From a virus: a stretch of 64,000 bases of DNA. The notes under the pieces were generated by a model that worked only from the letters and a program-made list of their open reading frames with translations, made no database searches and was not told where the DNA came from. Within the stretch, counting starts at the first letter, position 1, and every line of letters begins with the position of its first letter. Location of the stretch: positions 1 to 64,000 of IMG/VR virus record IMGVR_UViG_3300037261_000033; one strand, given 5' to 3'. Below, piece after piece: positions 27,756-37,300 of the stretch. Both the position numbers and the translations under genes were made by a program.

Positions 27756-28197
27756 ACTCTCGCGCCTCGTTCTTGTGATCTTCGACCCAAGTATGGCACC
27801 GCCTGCATACAGGAAGAAAGATTAAAATAGACCCGCCTTGCTGCCTCGCTGGGTGATGCCCTTCCGTCGCGCGCCTTTCCTTGCAGCACCGACACATCGG
27901 ATCGAGGCTTATCAAGAAACGCAGCCCGGCGAGGTAAAGCAACGCCCATTCCGTCTTTTTCGCGCTCCGCCGCTTTAGCGGTGTCCGTTTTAAGCCGGTC
28001 GGCCCGCGCGCTTGCGCCCCGTGGCGCGTGTTTTCCTGCTCCCGGCTACTTCTCTTCGGTTCCGCTGCCCGCTTGCGCTCTCGCGCCGTCCGGCGCTCGT
28101 TCGCTTCCGTCCGTTTCATCGCGCGCCAAGCTGGTGTATTCCGTTCCGGTTTCCGCTCCGGCTTCGGCGGCATTGAACGGGGACGGATGATTGACAT
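27736..28197 (-). CDS. HNH-like zinc-binding protein
   Basis: CRCC...TEGHH...VCRRCH...H...A...GW. Confidence 0.65.
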   Translation of the reverse strand: MSIIRPRSMPPKPERKPERNTPAWRAMKRTEANERRTARERKRAAEPKRSSREQENTRHGAQARGPTGLKRTPLKRRSAKKTEWALLYLAGLRFLISLDPMCRCCKERRATEGHHPARQQGGSILIFLPVCRRCHTWVEDHKNEAREYGWIWY

Positions 28198-28199
28198 TT

Positions 28200-29183
28200 T
28201 CAGTTAGCGCCGGAAGGTGCTACCCGCTCAAAAAGTGATGATTCTTCTATGCGTTCGGTTAGCGCCGCCGCTACGTTTTTTTGCGCCTGCTTATAGTACG
28301 ACGATTTTAATTCCGCCCCGACTCCTTTTCTGCCAAGTGTCACGGCCCCGTAAACTTCCGAGCCAACTCCCATGAACGGGGTAAACACTACTTCGCCGAC
28401 GTTACTCCAAAGGATGATGCAACGCTCGATCACGTCAAGTTGAAGCGGGTGAACGTGCCGCTCATCATCTGGGTCTTTTGATTCTCGATATGGAAGCACG
28501 CGATCAATTCGCACGTCATCCCAAAACGCGCTAGCGTATTGTCTCCAAACCCAATGATTATAGCGGTTCCCGGTTTGTTTCCCCGTCCAGTCCCGATAAC
28601 TCAATAACTCATGCGGGACTTGACGCTCGCCTGCGTAATTCGTTAAGCCAGAGGGGTGCGCTACTGGCACTTTGTTCTCTCCCTTCTTTCGGAACATTAA
28701 AAGGTAGTCCGCGCTCGCGGTATCACAGAGCGTTGAATCCTCCGTTAGTTGCCGATGCGCTAATCCTTTCGCCATTGTTCGGTTGCGAACGCCCAGCGGT
28801 TCCTTCCAGACATGATACCTAGCGCAATATTGAAATCCGAGTTTCTCGTGTAGCCTGATTATATCACCCGGAAAATCAGTCAGTCCGCCGCCCGCGTTTG
28901 CACCGGCTTTCGGGATGTCCATGCAGTGAACCGCCGTTATCCTGCCCGGCTTCGTAAGCCGATAAATCTCGCGTGCGACAAACTCGTAATGCTCGAAAAA
29001 TTCCTCGTAACTCCGGCAGTTCGAAAGGTCGCGCTCGGATGAACTATAGTTGAACAGCCCGCAAAACGGCGGGGAGTAAACTGAGAGGTCAATCGCGCCG
29101 TCCGGCATATCCCGCATCACTTCGATGCAGTCCCCTTGATAAAGCGCGTAGTTATCCGTGATGTCTTGATTCGCTATTGCCAT
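28200..29183 (-). CDS. DNA methyltransferase, N4-C/N6-A beta class
   Basis: YSPPF catalytic motif N-terminal; HVHPLQ; PFMGVGSE SAM-binding motif C-terminal. Confidence 0.9.
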   Translation of the reverse strand: MAIANQDITDNYALYQGDCIEVMRDMPDGAIDLSVYSPPFCGLFNYSSSERDLSNCRSYEEFFEHYEFVAREIYRLTKPGRITAVHCMDIPKAGANAGGGLTDFPGDIIRLHEKLGFQYCARYHVWKEPLGVRNRTMAKGLAHRQLTEDSTLCDTASADYLLMFRKKGENKVPVAHPSGLTNYAGERQVPHELLSYRDWTGKQTGNRYNHWVWRQYASAFWDDVRIDRVLPYRESKDPDDERHVHPLQLDVIERCIILWSNVGEVVFTPFMGVGSEVYGAVTLGRKGVGAELKSSYYKQAQKNVAAALTERIEESSLFERVAPSGAN

Positions 29184-29190
29184 ATTTCTC

Positions 29191-30621
29191 CTAAAGCCAC
29201 GCAGGCTTTTTTTGTTTAACCGTGAACTGGTTCTCTTGCCTGATGTTCAATTCATCATTCATTAACTCGACAAGTCGCGCGAACATTACGTCCGCTGCTT
29301 TCGTTTTACGTTGCAGATTGGCTAGCACATTCGCTTCGCCCTCGGATGTTACCACGTCGATTGTCACCTTATGCTTTTGTCCGAACCGCCATGACCGGCG
29401 CGTGCCTTGGTAGAACTGTTCAAAGCTATGAGACGGAAAGAATGTTTGATGCGCGCAGTGCTGCCAGTTTAACCCGAGGCCAGCGATTGACGCTTTAGAA
29501 ATCATTACGCGAATTTTCCCGGCTGAAAAAGCTGCGAACGATTCCTCTTTCTTTTCATCTGAGTCATCCCCCGAAACTTGAACCGCGTCAGGTATCAGCT
29601 TTTCAAGAAGATCGCCCTCGTCATTTAGATTACACCACGCTACGGCGGCTCGTTTCTTTTTCGCGTTAATCAGTTCCGCTACTTTCTCGCATCGCTCTTC
29701 GATGGTGCGCCTACGTTCTTTGCGTTGCTCGTCGAGTCCGTGCGCTGGCATGTCGAAAAGAAATCCATCCGGTAATGTCCGCGCCTTTATGACGTGCTGC
29801 TGAATAATTAACTCCGGCAAAATAAAGTCGCCGTCATCGAATCCTAAATCTGATGGCTTACGGATCGCCCGCGCCCATGAACATACCCAGCGCCAGTAAT
29901 CTCGTTCGGCGTGCCCTCGAAAACGAAACTTCCCGCCTAACTCATTTTTGCCAAATCGTCCATGCGCTCCCCCGGCCCGGTTACTTCCACCGCCGCCCTG
30001 CGCGTAACTTCCATCATCTGACTTAAAGAACATCTTCACCATGTCCATGTAGCCCATCTCTCCGAGCGCTTCGCTCGCCGTCCCAAGTTCAATGTAATCG
30101 TTCGGAGCAGCGGTCGCGGTGCAGAGATTCCGATATGGTAACTTGCGCATGAAATCCGTAATCGCCTGTTTAGTCGCGCCCTTAAAGTTTTTCAGGATCG
30201 AGGATTCATCACAGACCGCACCAATAAAGTCCGTCGAATTGAAATGATGCAGTTGCTCATAATTCGTGATTACGATTTTCGCTCCGCTCGGAAACGCCCC
30301 GTCTCGTGATTGCACGCACTCGATTCCAAACTTCTCTCCCTCGCGCACCGTCTGACTTCCAACTGCGAGCGGTGTCATTATCAAAACCGACTTGTTCGTT
30401 TTCTGAACGACGTTTTGCGCCCACGCGAGTTGCATCGGTGTCTTACCTAAACCGCAATCAGCGAAAAGCGCGCCGCGCCCCTTCTTACAGGCCCATTCAA
30501 CAAGCGCCTTTTGAAAATCAAAAAGGAAGTCGGGTATCCAAATGGCTTGAAATCCTGAGTCGCCGCCTATCTGCGTCTTGCGATCAAGAAAGCTGTCGTA
30601 TCCGTCCTTGCTTCGTTTCAT
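29191..30621 (-). CDS. SNF2-like helicase
   Basis: DCGLGKT, DESS, TATAAPND, GLNWQ, RRSWRFGQ; ATG 30621 follows a promoter. Confidence 0.9.
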   Translation of the reverse strand: MKRSKDGYDSFLDRKTQIGGDSGFQAIWIPDFLFDFQKALVEWACKKGRGALFADCGLGKTPMQLAWAQNVVQKTNKSVLIMTPLAVGSQTVREGEKFGIECVQSRDGAFPSGAKIVITNYEQLHHFNSTDFIGAVCDESSILKNFKGATKQAITDFMRKLPYRNLCTATAAPNDYIELGTASEALGEMGYMDMVKMFFKSDDGSYAQGGGGSNRAGGAHGRFGKNELGGKFRFRGHAERDYWRWVCSWARAIRKPSDLGFDDGDFILPELIIQQHVIKARTLPDGFLFDMPAHGLDEQRKERRRTIEERCEKVAELINAKKKRAAVAWCNLNDEGDLLEKLIPDAVQVSGDDSDEKKEESFAAFSAGKIRVMISKASIAGLGLNWQHCAHQTFFPSHSFEQFYQGTRRSWRFGQKHKVTIDVVTSEGEANVLANLQRKTKAADVMFARLVELMNDELNIRQENQFTVKQKKPAWL

Positions 30622-30633
30622 GCTCGTGCCGCA

Positions 30634-30662
30634 ACTCTCCGGTGTCACTCTAACCAAGTAAA
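30634..30662 (-). promoter_or_regulatory. TTTAC/GA-class promoter
   Basis: ggcTTTACT-17 nt-GAGAGT-12 nt-ATG. Confidence 0.55.
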
Positions 30663-30690
30663 GCCTTTTCAGGCAGCGCGGCCCCGCCGA

Positions 30691-31128
30691 TTACCGACGC
30701 GAGCCGCGTCCCTGTGACACGAAATTATTATTCCCTCCAACGTTCAGCATAAGTCGCGTCGCTGGTTCTGCTTTTTTCTCGATCATACCCGCGACGGTCG
30801 GATGCATCGCTTCCCTCATCTTATCGAGGAGCGTATCCGTAACGTCTTGCTCGATGCCCGTAAGCACTACGTCACGAAGTTGTAAATGGATTGAGGCTAT
30901 TACGTCACGTAAGGCATCATCGTTGTCGAACTGATCGCGCCATATTCGGCGCTGCTTTGGCGTCGCCGGTTTGCCGTGGATGTCGAGCTTGAGCATCTGG
31001 CGAACTTTTGGCGTAGCCGCGATGTAATACGGTACGCCGAACTCCGTCACTAAAATGAAGAACGGCGCGCGCGCCCTCAAGTGCTTCGAGAGGGTAACGT
31101 GCCTCGGGATTTTCTTGACGATTTGCAT
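30691..31128 (-). CDS. Hypothetical protein
   Basis: MQIVKK start with TAATG overlap on the AAA+ gene stop. Confidence 0.6.
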   Translation of the reverse strand: MQIVKKIPRHVTLSKHLRARAPFFILVTEFGVPYYIAATPKVRQMLKLDIHGKPATPKQRRIWRDQFDNDDALRDVIASIHLQLRDVVLTGIEQDVTDTLLDKMREAMHPTVAGMIEKKAEPATRLMLNVGGNNNFVSQGRGSRR

Positions 31129-32765
31129 TAGTCCGGCGCTTTGGCTAAATCGATGAACTTCGTCACGTAAAGTAGGTCGTCCACATCGACCGCTTTCTTC
31201 GTCTTGTTCGCCATAATCGACGCCAGCTTTAGGATGTTCTTCACGTTGCGGCCGGAAAGTGTAGGCAGTTCTTTCACGAGCCGGGCTAGCTGCTTGGCGT
31301 CGAGTTTCACCTTGTAGTTTGTGGAAAGCACTTGCCAAAGCTTTTTCAGTTCTTCCGGTGTCGGTAGCGTGTAGCGCACATGCGCGATGGCGCGCGATAT
31401 AACCGCGTCGTCAATCGTGGTCGCCCGGTTGCTCGTTAGGAATAGGATGCCACGGTAGCGTTCGAGTAAGCGCAGGAACACGCCGACGATAGCGTTCTGT
31501 TGAATGTCGTTTCCACGTTCGCGCACGTAAACATCTGCTTCATCAATCAGTAGGATCGCCCCCCATCGACTCGCACGGCTCAGCGTTAACATGAGTTTCT
31601 TTTCCAGTTCCTCTTCGTCCGTCCCAAGCTGCGAGCATTGCACTGAATAGAGCGGTCGCTCGATCTGTTCGCTGTAGCATTCCGCCGTGAGTGTCTTTCC
31701 GGTTCCCGGTTCGCCGGTTGCGATAACGACCGTGCCGCCCGTTTTCCCGGCGATGATGTCTTCCATTATTTCCGCGCTCGATTCCATTAACACGTTGACG
31801 AGTTGCTTCGTTTTCTCCGGCAGGACTAGCTTCGTGGCTATCTCGTGATCGTATTTATAAGGTTCAATCTGGTTTACGTGGATGCCGACGTATTGATGCA
31901 GTCCCAAGTCGAACGCTTGCACGTAAGGGTGAACCGGAATTGGAAGCACATCTTCCTCTTCGCTATCCTCTACGTTACGCGCGCTGCCCTTACTCCAAAA
32001 TTGTGCGGACGCGGCCCGGCGTAATTCTTTCTCGCTTTTTTCGGTATCATCCCCTTTCCGGTCGATGACTAAGCGCGCTTTGACTCCGTCGCGTTCCATC
32101 GCGATCATCCCGTAGTTATAGCGGCCCCCTCGATTAAACGCTTCCCCGGTTCCACTGTATTGCTTGCCGAGTTGATCTACGATGCCATTGAAGCGCGCCA
32201 CTTCTTTGATGTAAGCCGCGTATGCATCCGCCGTCTCACGGTGAATGCCCGCCTCTCTCAGAATTTGTGGCACCGTCTTGCGCCCGCAAAGGTCTGCCGT
32301 GTACCAAGTCTTGTGATGATTGTCCTCTTCGTCTAATGAGCTAGCTAATCCCTTCAGGGTAACGCTCGCCGGGTCGTCTCGGTGCGGCGGTTTATAGCTT
32401 ATATCGCTCACGTAGTACGGGCACATCTGGCCGTCCTGCTGTTCGATGAAAATGAATTTGTGCGGCGCGGGTCGCAGGTATTCGATCATCGCTGTCGCGA
32501 GCCTGTCGAGTCTTCCAACCGGCGCGCCGCCCGGATCGGCGAGCAACGTCCGATACGAATCAATCCGCTTCACTATCATCTTGGCCGCAGGATCGTCGGG
32601 AAACTTCTTAGCGTAATTATAGATGTAGCCGATGTGCTCTTCGTCCAAGTCGTCGGTGTCCACGACGCCTTCATTGTCGTCCCTGCGATAAATCCATTCC
32701 CTTAGAACGTGGTCGGGAAGTTTGCCCGCTTTTTTGAAGAATGAAACGGTGTGCCTTAGTTGCAT
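31128..32765 (-). CDS. AAA+ ATPase with large N-terminal domain
   Basis: GEPGTGKT, ILLIDEAD, LFLTSNR...D.A..SR. Confidence 0.9.
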   Translation of the reverse strand: MQLRHTVSFFKKAGKLPDHVLREWIYRRDDNEGVVDTDDLDEEHIGYIYNYAKKFPDDPAAKMIVKRIDSYRTLLADPGGAPVGRLDRLATAMIEYLRPAPHKFIFIEQQDGQMCPYYVSDISYKPPHRDDPASVTLKGLASSLDEEDNHHKTWYTADLCGRKTVPQILREAGIHRETADAYAAYIKEVARFNGIVDQLGKQYSGTGEAFNRGGRYNYGMIAMERDGVKARLVIDRKGDDTEKSEKELRRAASAQFWSKGSARNVEDSEEEDVLPIPVHPYVQAFDLGLHQYVGIHVNQIEPYKYDHEIATKLVLPEKTKQLVNVLMESSAEIMEDIIAGKTGGTVVIATGEPGTGKTLTAECYSEQIERPLYSVQCSQLGTDEEELEKKLMLTLSRASRWGAILLIDEADVYVRERGNDIQQNAIVGVFLRLLERYRGILFLTSNRATTIDDAVISRAIAHVRYTLPTPEELKKLWQVLSTNYKVKLDAKQLARLVKELPTLSGRNVKNILKLASIMANKTKKAVDVDDLLYVTKFIDLAKAPD

Positions 32766-32766
32766 T

Positions 32767-32997
32767 TTATGCGCGCCTCTCTACTCTGCCGCCAAGCGCA
32801 TACCAAGAGTTGTTATAGCACTCGCGATGACTCACGGTTCTACCGCGTCGCACCACGTCCGTATCATATCCGCTCACTTCTTTTCCGCAGACGTGACAAG
32901 TCTCTGCGGTTGGCGCGTTCCGCTCCGTCAGGCGCGCTATCGCCGCCGTCACTCCGATTGGCTCCGCTGCGTCTAGCTTAGCTTGGTCGGTTCTCAT
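32767..32997 (-). CDS. Small zinc-binding protein
   Basis: CHVC...HREC. Confidence 0.55.
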   Translation of the reverse strand: MRTDQAKLDAAEPIGVTAAIARLTERNAPTAETCHVCGKEVSGYDTDVVRRGRTVSHRECYNNSWYALGGRVERRA

Positions 32998-33221
32998 GGC
33001 TTTACGATTTCGTCCTCCATGAACTTTCCGATGACGGTTAGACCGCGCTTGCCGAACTTCTTGCCTTCTTGGAGCGCGGTGATTTGCGCGTCAACGTCCG
33101 CTTCGGTAAGACCGCTGTAACCAAACGCGCGTAAGTTTTTGGTTTTCGCCGTGACGTATACGCGACGCGGAACTTCACCCGCCTTGCCGTTGATGATTAC
33201 TTTTAGCATTTCTGTTTTCAT
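32994..33221 (-). CDS. Hypothetical protein
   Basis: MKTEML start downstream of promoter TTTACA-17-CTTAAT (33247-33275). Confidence 0.55.
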   Translation of the reverse strand: MKTEMLKVIINGKAGEVPRRVYVTAKTKNLRAFGYSGLTEADVDAQITALQEGKKFGKRGLTVIGKFMEDEIVKP

Positions 33222-33247
33222 ATTCGTGTCTCGTTTCGTGGTTCCAA

Positions 33248-33577
33248 TTAAGCGCCCTTCGCGGCGCAATGTAAAGCGTTTAGTTTCCGCGCGTTCATTT
33301 CGGCTACCTTCGCCGCCCATGCCGCATCAGTTGGGGCTGAGATGACTCCCATCGCGGCAAACACCTTTAACTGTAAATCCCTCGCGCCACGGCATAGCTT
33401 CGGCTTCTTACCGGTGCGCCGGTTGATCGCGTTGTTCGAGCCGGTGGAATGGCAGATGCGCGAGCGGTCGTTCATCGCGCTGCGGGAAAGATCATCCTGT
33501 AAGTACGCGTATGGACTTCCGTAGCGAAAGGGACACGTGGCGCACATACTGGCGCGTACTGGCATCGGGCGCATCAT
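33248..33577 (-). CDS. Cys-rich hypothetical protein
   Basis: CATCPF...CH...CRG. Confidence 0.65.
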   Translation of the reverse strand: MMRPMPVRASMCATCPFRYGSPYAYLQDDLSRSAMNDRSRICHSTGSNNAINRRTGKKPKLCRGARDLQLKVFAAMGVISAPTDAAWAAKVAEMNARKLNALHCAAKGA

Positions 33578-33825
33578 GATAATAACCGGCTAAGGTTTTT
33601 GAATGAAGGATGGTTGCTCAGGAAAAGGTTGCTCCATTTCTCCGACATCGTCTCCGCGTGCGCCATCGCTTCCTCACGCGTCTTGAATCCCGCTGTCGCT
33701 TTCGGTGGCCGGATTCCCTTAGTGAGTTGCACCGTCCAGCATCCGGTATCATGGAATCCGAATCGCTTCGCGTTCGTTGATGTCGGGTAACTCCACTCGA
33801 CTGACTTGAATCGCTCTTCGCTCAT
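33574..33825 (-). CDS. Hypothetical protein
   Basis: ATGA-coupled. Confidence 0.55.
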   Translation of the reverse strand: MSEERFKSVEWSYPTSTNAKRFGFHDTGCWTVQLTKGIRPPKATAGFKTREEAMAHAETMSEKWSNLFLSNHPSFKNLSRLLS

Positions 33826-34052
33826 TGTGTCGCCTCATCTAAGAGTCCGGTCACTTCCTCAACGGCTTCCGCCGCGCTCTGTAGGGCATCTGCCGCTTCG
33901 CTTGCACGGTCGCCCTTCTCTCCGGCCTGAATCGCTTCCGGCATGTTGTCGTAGTAGTCCTGCTCTTCGCCTTGAAGGCTCTCGATGTCACTCTTCGCTT
34001 CCTCAAGCTTGGTCTTGATCGCTTCGATCTGTTTACGGCGTTGCGCGTTCAT
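33822..34052 (-). CDS. Small acidic coiled-coil protein
   Basis: MNAQRRK...EEQDYYDNMPE..Q.GEKG. Confidence 0.7.
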   Translation of the reverse strand: MNAQRRKQIEAIKTKLEEAKSDIESLQGEEQDYYDNMPEAIQAGEKGDRASEAADALQSAAEAVEEVTGLLDEATQ

Positions 34053-34057
34053 GTGGG

Positions 34058-34537
34058 TTATTCCTCCGATCCTTTGCCGCAATGCGGGCAAATGAAATCC
34101 ATTTCAGGATTGTGCGGTGTCGTAACGATGAACTTCCAACCGCAGCCGTCGCACCTATTTTCTTTCGACGCTGCCATCTTCTCAATGGCCCGGTCGATTC
34201 CCGTCGCCTTATCTACCGCGTCGCTGTCACAGAACTTCTCGATGAAGTCGGATAGAATTTGCTCCGCGTGCGCCGGTGTCGCCCACTCTATCTTTCCGAG
34301 TGCTGCGCTAATTGCTTGGCGCTCACTAAACAACTTCGACGCTGCGCTGATTAACCGTCCATTGGCTTCCGCGTCCGGGCCGAATAGTTTCGCTACGCTA
34401 TTCGATTGATTAGCTGTCGCTAGTCCGTCTTCATCGCGAGCGACAACGTGTTCCCCTTCCAAAACCCAATCTCCCGGCGAGTGCGTCGCTTTCACGTGCC
34501 GTTGGGATATCGACTCTTGCTTGCTCGTCGTGCTCAT
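34058..34537 (-). CDS. Hypothetical protein with C-terminal zinc ribbon
   Basis: HSPGDW...ANGRLISAA; CDGC...CPHC. Confidence 0.65.
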   Translation of the reverse strand: MSTTSKQESISQRHVKATHSPGDWVLEGEHVVARDEDGLATANQSNSVAKLFGPDAEANGRLISAASKLFSERQAISAALGKIEWATPAHAEQILSDFIEKFCDSDAVDKATGIDRAIEKMAASKENRCDGCGWKFIVTTPHNPEMDFICPHCGKGSEE

Positions 34538-34538
34538 C

Positions 34539-36005
34539 TTAGATGTCCCCCTTTCGCGCCGCCGCGATCATCCGCGCGCCGATCTTGGTCAGCGCCTTGT
34601 AGTATTCCTCGCTCAGATGGTCTCCGCTGTACTCATGCCCTAACTCGTGGATGAGCAAGTCGTCGATCCGTTCGCGGTTCGCTTCAAGGTTGAACCACGC
34701 TGAGCCTAGCCGCGACTTGTTGAAGCTTAGGCTGCGGCTCCCGTAGCACGCCGCCGCCAGCATCGCCAGCGTAGCGTAAAACTCCACCGTGATGTGCGCG
34801 CCGATTGCTAACCTCGCAAATCGCTCTGCGTAAATCGCGGTCTGCCGCATGTCGTCCGTCCACTTTTCGAACGGTATCGGTGTGGCCGCAGCCGCGTCCG
34901 GGTTGTCCTCACCGTTCCACGCCTTCGCGCTTGGCGTTACTTGTCCAGCCGGTTTGATGGCTTCGAACGTCCGCACATTGCTCCACGCGTCCGCGCTCAA
35001 CATCCCGCCGTGAACTACTGTGTAACCTTCGGACACCGCGCGCTTGTTCGCTTCTAAGTCGCTCGGGTCGTAACTAACGCGGCGCTCGCCGAACCGCTTC
35101 GTCATGTAATCCGCGACGGCCAGCGGTTGCGCGTCCGCTGATTCGATTGCGGTCTGCGCCCATTCCGCCGTTGCCTGCTCCGGCGTCACAAGTTCGTGCG
35201 CCGCGTTGAATACCGCCGTCCGTAGCGCCCGCAGGAATCGCGGCGTCACGTTCTCGCGGTCAAGCGTGATTGGAACCTTCTGTTGAACGTCGCAGTGGAA
35301 CGCGCAGTCGTGTTCGACTACCGGAATGCCCATCTCATAGATTAACGCTACTTCACCCGGCTCTGGTTTGTAAAGCCGCACCGCTGTATTGCGCCGCGCT
35401 TTTCTTAACGCGCCTTCACTGTCCGCAATCTCCGTTGGCAGCGATGCGAAAACCTCGCGGATAACTTCGCGCGGCAGGAGCGTTGTGCCGTTGTAAACCG
35501 TCTCGATTCCCGCTGGCGAAATCAGTTTATAGATTTCCTCGTTCACTTCCGCGATTTCCTCGCGGTTCATCTTCAACCGCATGAAGCAATCCGTGCCGCG
35601 CACCGTAGCCGCCACGCGCGAAACTCTCCGGCCCGTGCCGTTGAACTTCACGCTCCCGGTCATGCTGTAGATCGCCGCGCTCTCGCACAACGCCAGCACC
35701 AGCTTTTCGCCAAGGTTGAATCGTCCGCGCTTCTCTGCGTCACTCTTTTTTGCGCTCTCCGCGAATAGTGTAAATGCGTGCGACAAATCCTTGAATCCTT
35801 CGGGCGCATCGTCGCTGATTTTCAACACCGCGTGCCCGCGCTTTTCTTCGTCCGGCGCGAGCGTCACCTCAACGCGCGTCACCCCGTCTTCGTCCCAAGC
35901 GTTTTGAATCAACTCGAAAACCGCGAACTCGATACCGCGTCTGCGGAGAATTTTCCCAAGCCCCGCGCGATCTACTGCGAACCATTCCTTATTAGCGCTC
36001 ATCAA
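34539..36005 (-). CDS. GHKL ATPase fused to zincin-like metallopeptidase
   Basis: ELIQNAWDE, DD..EGF, GRFNLGEK, GT; C-terminal HELGH-x4-DH. Confidence 0.8.
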   Translation of the reverse strand: MMSANKEWFAVDRAGLGKILRRRGIEFAVFELIQNAWDEDGVTRVEVTLAPDEEKRGHAVLKISDDAPEGFKDLSHAFTLFAESAKKSDAEKRGRFNLGEKLVLALCESAAIYSMTGSVKFNGTGRRVSRVAATVRGTDCFMRLKMNREEIAEVNEEIYKLISPAGIETVYNGTTLLPREVIREVFASLPTEIADSEGALRKARRNTAVRLYKPEPGEVALIYEMGIPVVEHDCAFHCDVQQKVPITLDRENVTPRFLRALRTAVFNAAHELVTPEQATAEWAQTAIESADAQPLAVADYMTKRFGERRVSYDPSDLEANKRAVSEGYTVVHGGMLSADAWSNVRTFEAIKPAGQVTPSAKAWNGEDNPDAAAATPIPFEKWTDDMRQTAIYAERFARLAIGAHITVEFYATLAMLAAACYGSRSLSFNKSRLGSAWFNLEANRERIDDLLIHELGHEYSGDHLSEEYYKALTKIGARMIAAARKGDI

Positions 36006-36193
36006 TTTCTCTCCTTGATGTTGAGTTTCGCTAAAACGGTTCCCATCGTCGCGCCGCCTGCAATTAGTTTTGTAACGGTCTTCATTTGTCGGCGGAACTT
36101 CATCAAGTCCGCATAGCGCTTGTCGAATTTGCGCTGCTCTCTTTCTTCCATGCCGGAATAGGCGTCCAACATCTCATTTGCATTTCGTGTCAT
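36002..36193 (-). CDS. Hypothetical protein (leaderless)
   Basis: ATG 5 nt after -10 element. Confidence 0.6.
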   Translation of the reverse strand: MTRNANEMLDAYSGMEEREQRKFDKRYADLMKFRRQMKTVTKLIAGGATMGTVLAKLNIKERN

Positions 36194-36292
36194 GCCCCAA
36201 TGTCCGCTTTACCTTGCGCCGTGTAAAGCTCTTTTTAGAAGATTCTTGGAGATAATTTACGCGCGAGTTTGCCTAGGCAAAACGCGACGTAA
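36184..36292 (-). promoter_or_regulatory. Conserved promoter/operator element, copy 1
   Basis: Gapless similarity to 63710-63818; palindrome TTTGCCTAGGCAAA; TTTACA-17-GACATT. Confidence 0.8.
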
Positions 36293-36297
36293 ACCGA

Positions 36298-36519
36298 TCA
36301 GGCGATGAATTTCGCCACCGAAAGCGCGTTCCCCGGCTGCTTGAGGAGCGCGACTTGAGTGATTGCGCCGCTCTGCCATCGCTTCGCATTTTTCTCGCCG
36401 AAGAGCGCCGCCTGCTCATCCGGCGTCTGTGCATTCATCCATGCCGTGAACGTTTGCGGCTCCGCGCCCTTGCCGTCCATCTCCGCGCGCACGTCGTCGG
36501 GAATGTCAGATGCTTTCAT
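36298..36519 (-). CDS. Detached C-terminal domain of gpF-like head morphogenesis protein
   Basis: RAEMDG....TFTAWM..Q....Q..LFG...A..W..G.I....L..Q.G..L; ATGA-coupled start. Confidence 0.7.
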   Translation of the reverse strand: MKASDIPDDVRAEMDGKGAEPQTFTAWMNAQTPDEQAALFGEKNAKRWQSGAITQVALLKQPGNALSVAKFIA

Positions 36520-37130
36520 GCAGCCTTTCGTAATCGCTGACGTTCGTGCATCCCCTTCATTACGGCCTGCCTTTTTGGTGATCGCGCCATCATTATTTTG
36601 CACCAACCTTTATGGCCGCGTGGTTTACCGCAAGCACATCCGTTTACCACGCCGGAAATTATTCGCTTAATTTTCATAACCGTGTTGCGATTTATTTTCA
36701 GCGCACGCTCAACTTCGCGGTCGGCGTGACCTTTGCGAATCATGTCTAGTGCTAATGAAACTTTTTTAGGGCGATAAAATCCGAACGGTAATTGACCACG
36801 CTTTGCAATTAACGTCGTCTCGGGCGCTGACGTATCCAGTTGTCCGGTCGCTCGCATATTCCAACGGAATGAATGCTTCGCACGATTTACTGATTCCACG
36901 AATGCCGCGAACTCTTCTGCGTTACCGCCCGTATCAGGATGAAGTTCCCGATAACGTGTTCGCGCTTCTGAAATAAACTCAGCGTAAATCTCGCGCAGAC
37001 TGAATCGGTTCGCGTGCCAAAAACTTTGCTCCTTAACTTTCCGAAACTCGATTCCTAAACTTCGGAGCAATACTGGCACGGATGTCTTGCTATCGCGGAA
37101 CTTCCATCGCGACTCGATTATTTCGTTCAT
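36516..37130 (-). CDS. J-domain-like (HPD) + HTH + zinc-site protein
   Basis: YRELHPDTGG; DREVERALKINRNTV; CACGKPRGHKGWC. Confidence 0.65.
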   Translation of the reverse strand: MNEIIESRWKFRDSKTSVPVLLRSLGIEFRKVKEQSFWHANRFSLREIYAEFISEARTRYRELHPDTGGNAEEFAAFVESVNRAKHSFRWNMRATGQLDTSAPETTLIAKRGQLPFGFYRPKKVSLALDMIRKGHADREVERALKINRNTVMKIKRIISGVVNGCACGKPRGHKGWCKIMMARSPKRQAVMKGMHERQRLRKAA

Positions 37131-37300
37131 CCAGTTCCTTCTTCGTCATCATTATCGTTCGCGGCTTTTTCGATGGCGTAAATCTTTAAGTGCAAAACTC
37201 CAATCGCGCCAGCGACGCTCAGGTTAAATTCCTTCTCGTATCGCGCCACGAGATTGTCCAGTTCTCCGGCGAATGCGGTAATCTGTTCCTTATCGGTCAT
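37127..37300 (-). CDS. Hypothetical protein
   Basis: ATGA-coupled. Confidence 0.55.
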   Translation of the reverse strand: MTDKEQITAFAGELDNLVARYEKEFNLSVAGAIGVLHLKIYAIEKAANDNDDEEGTG

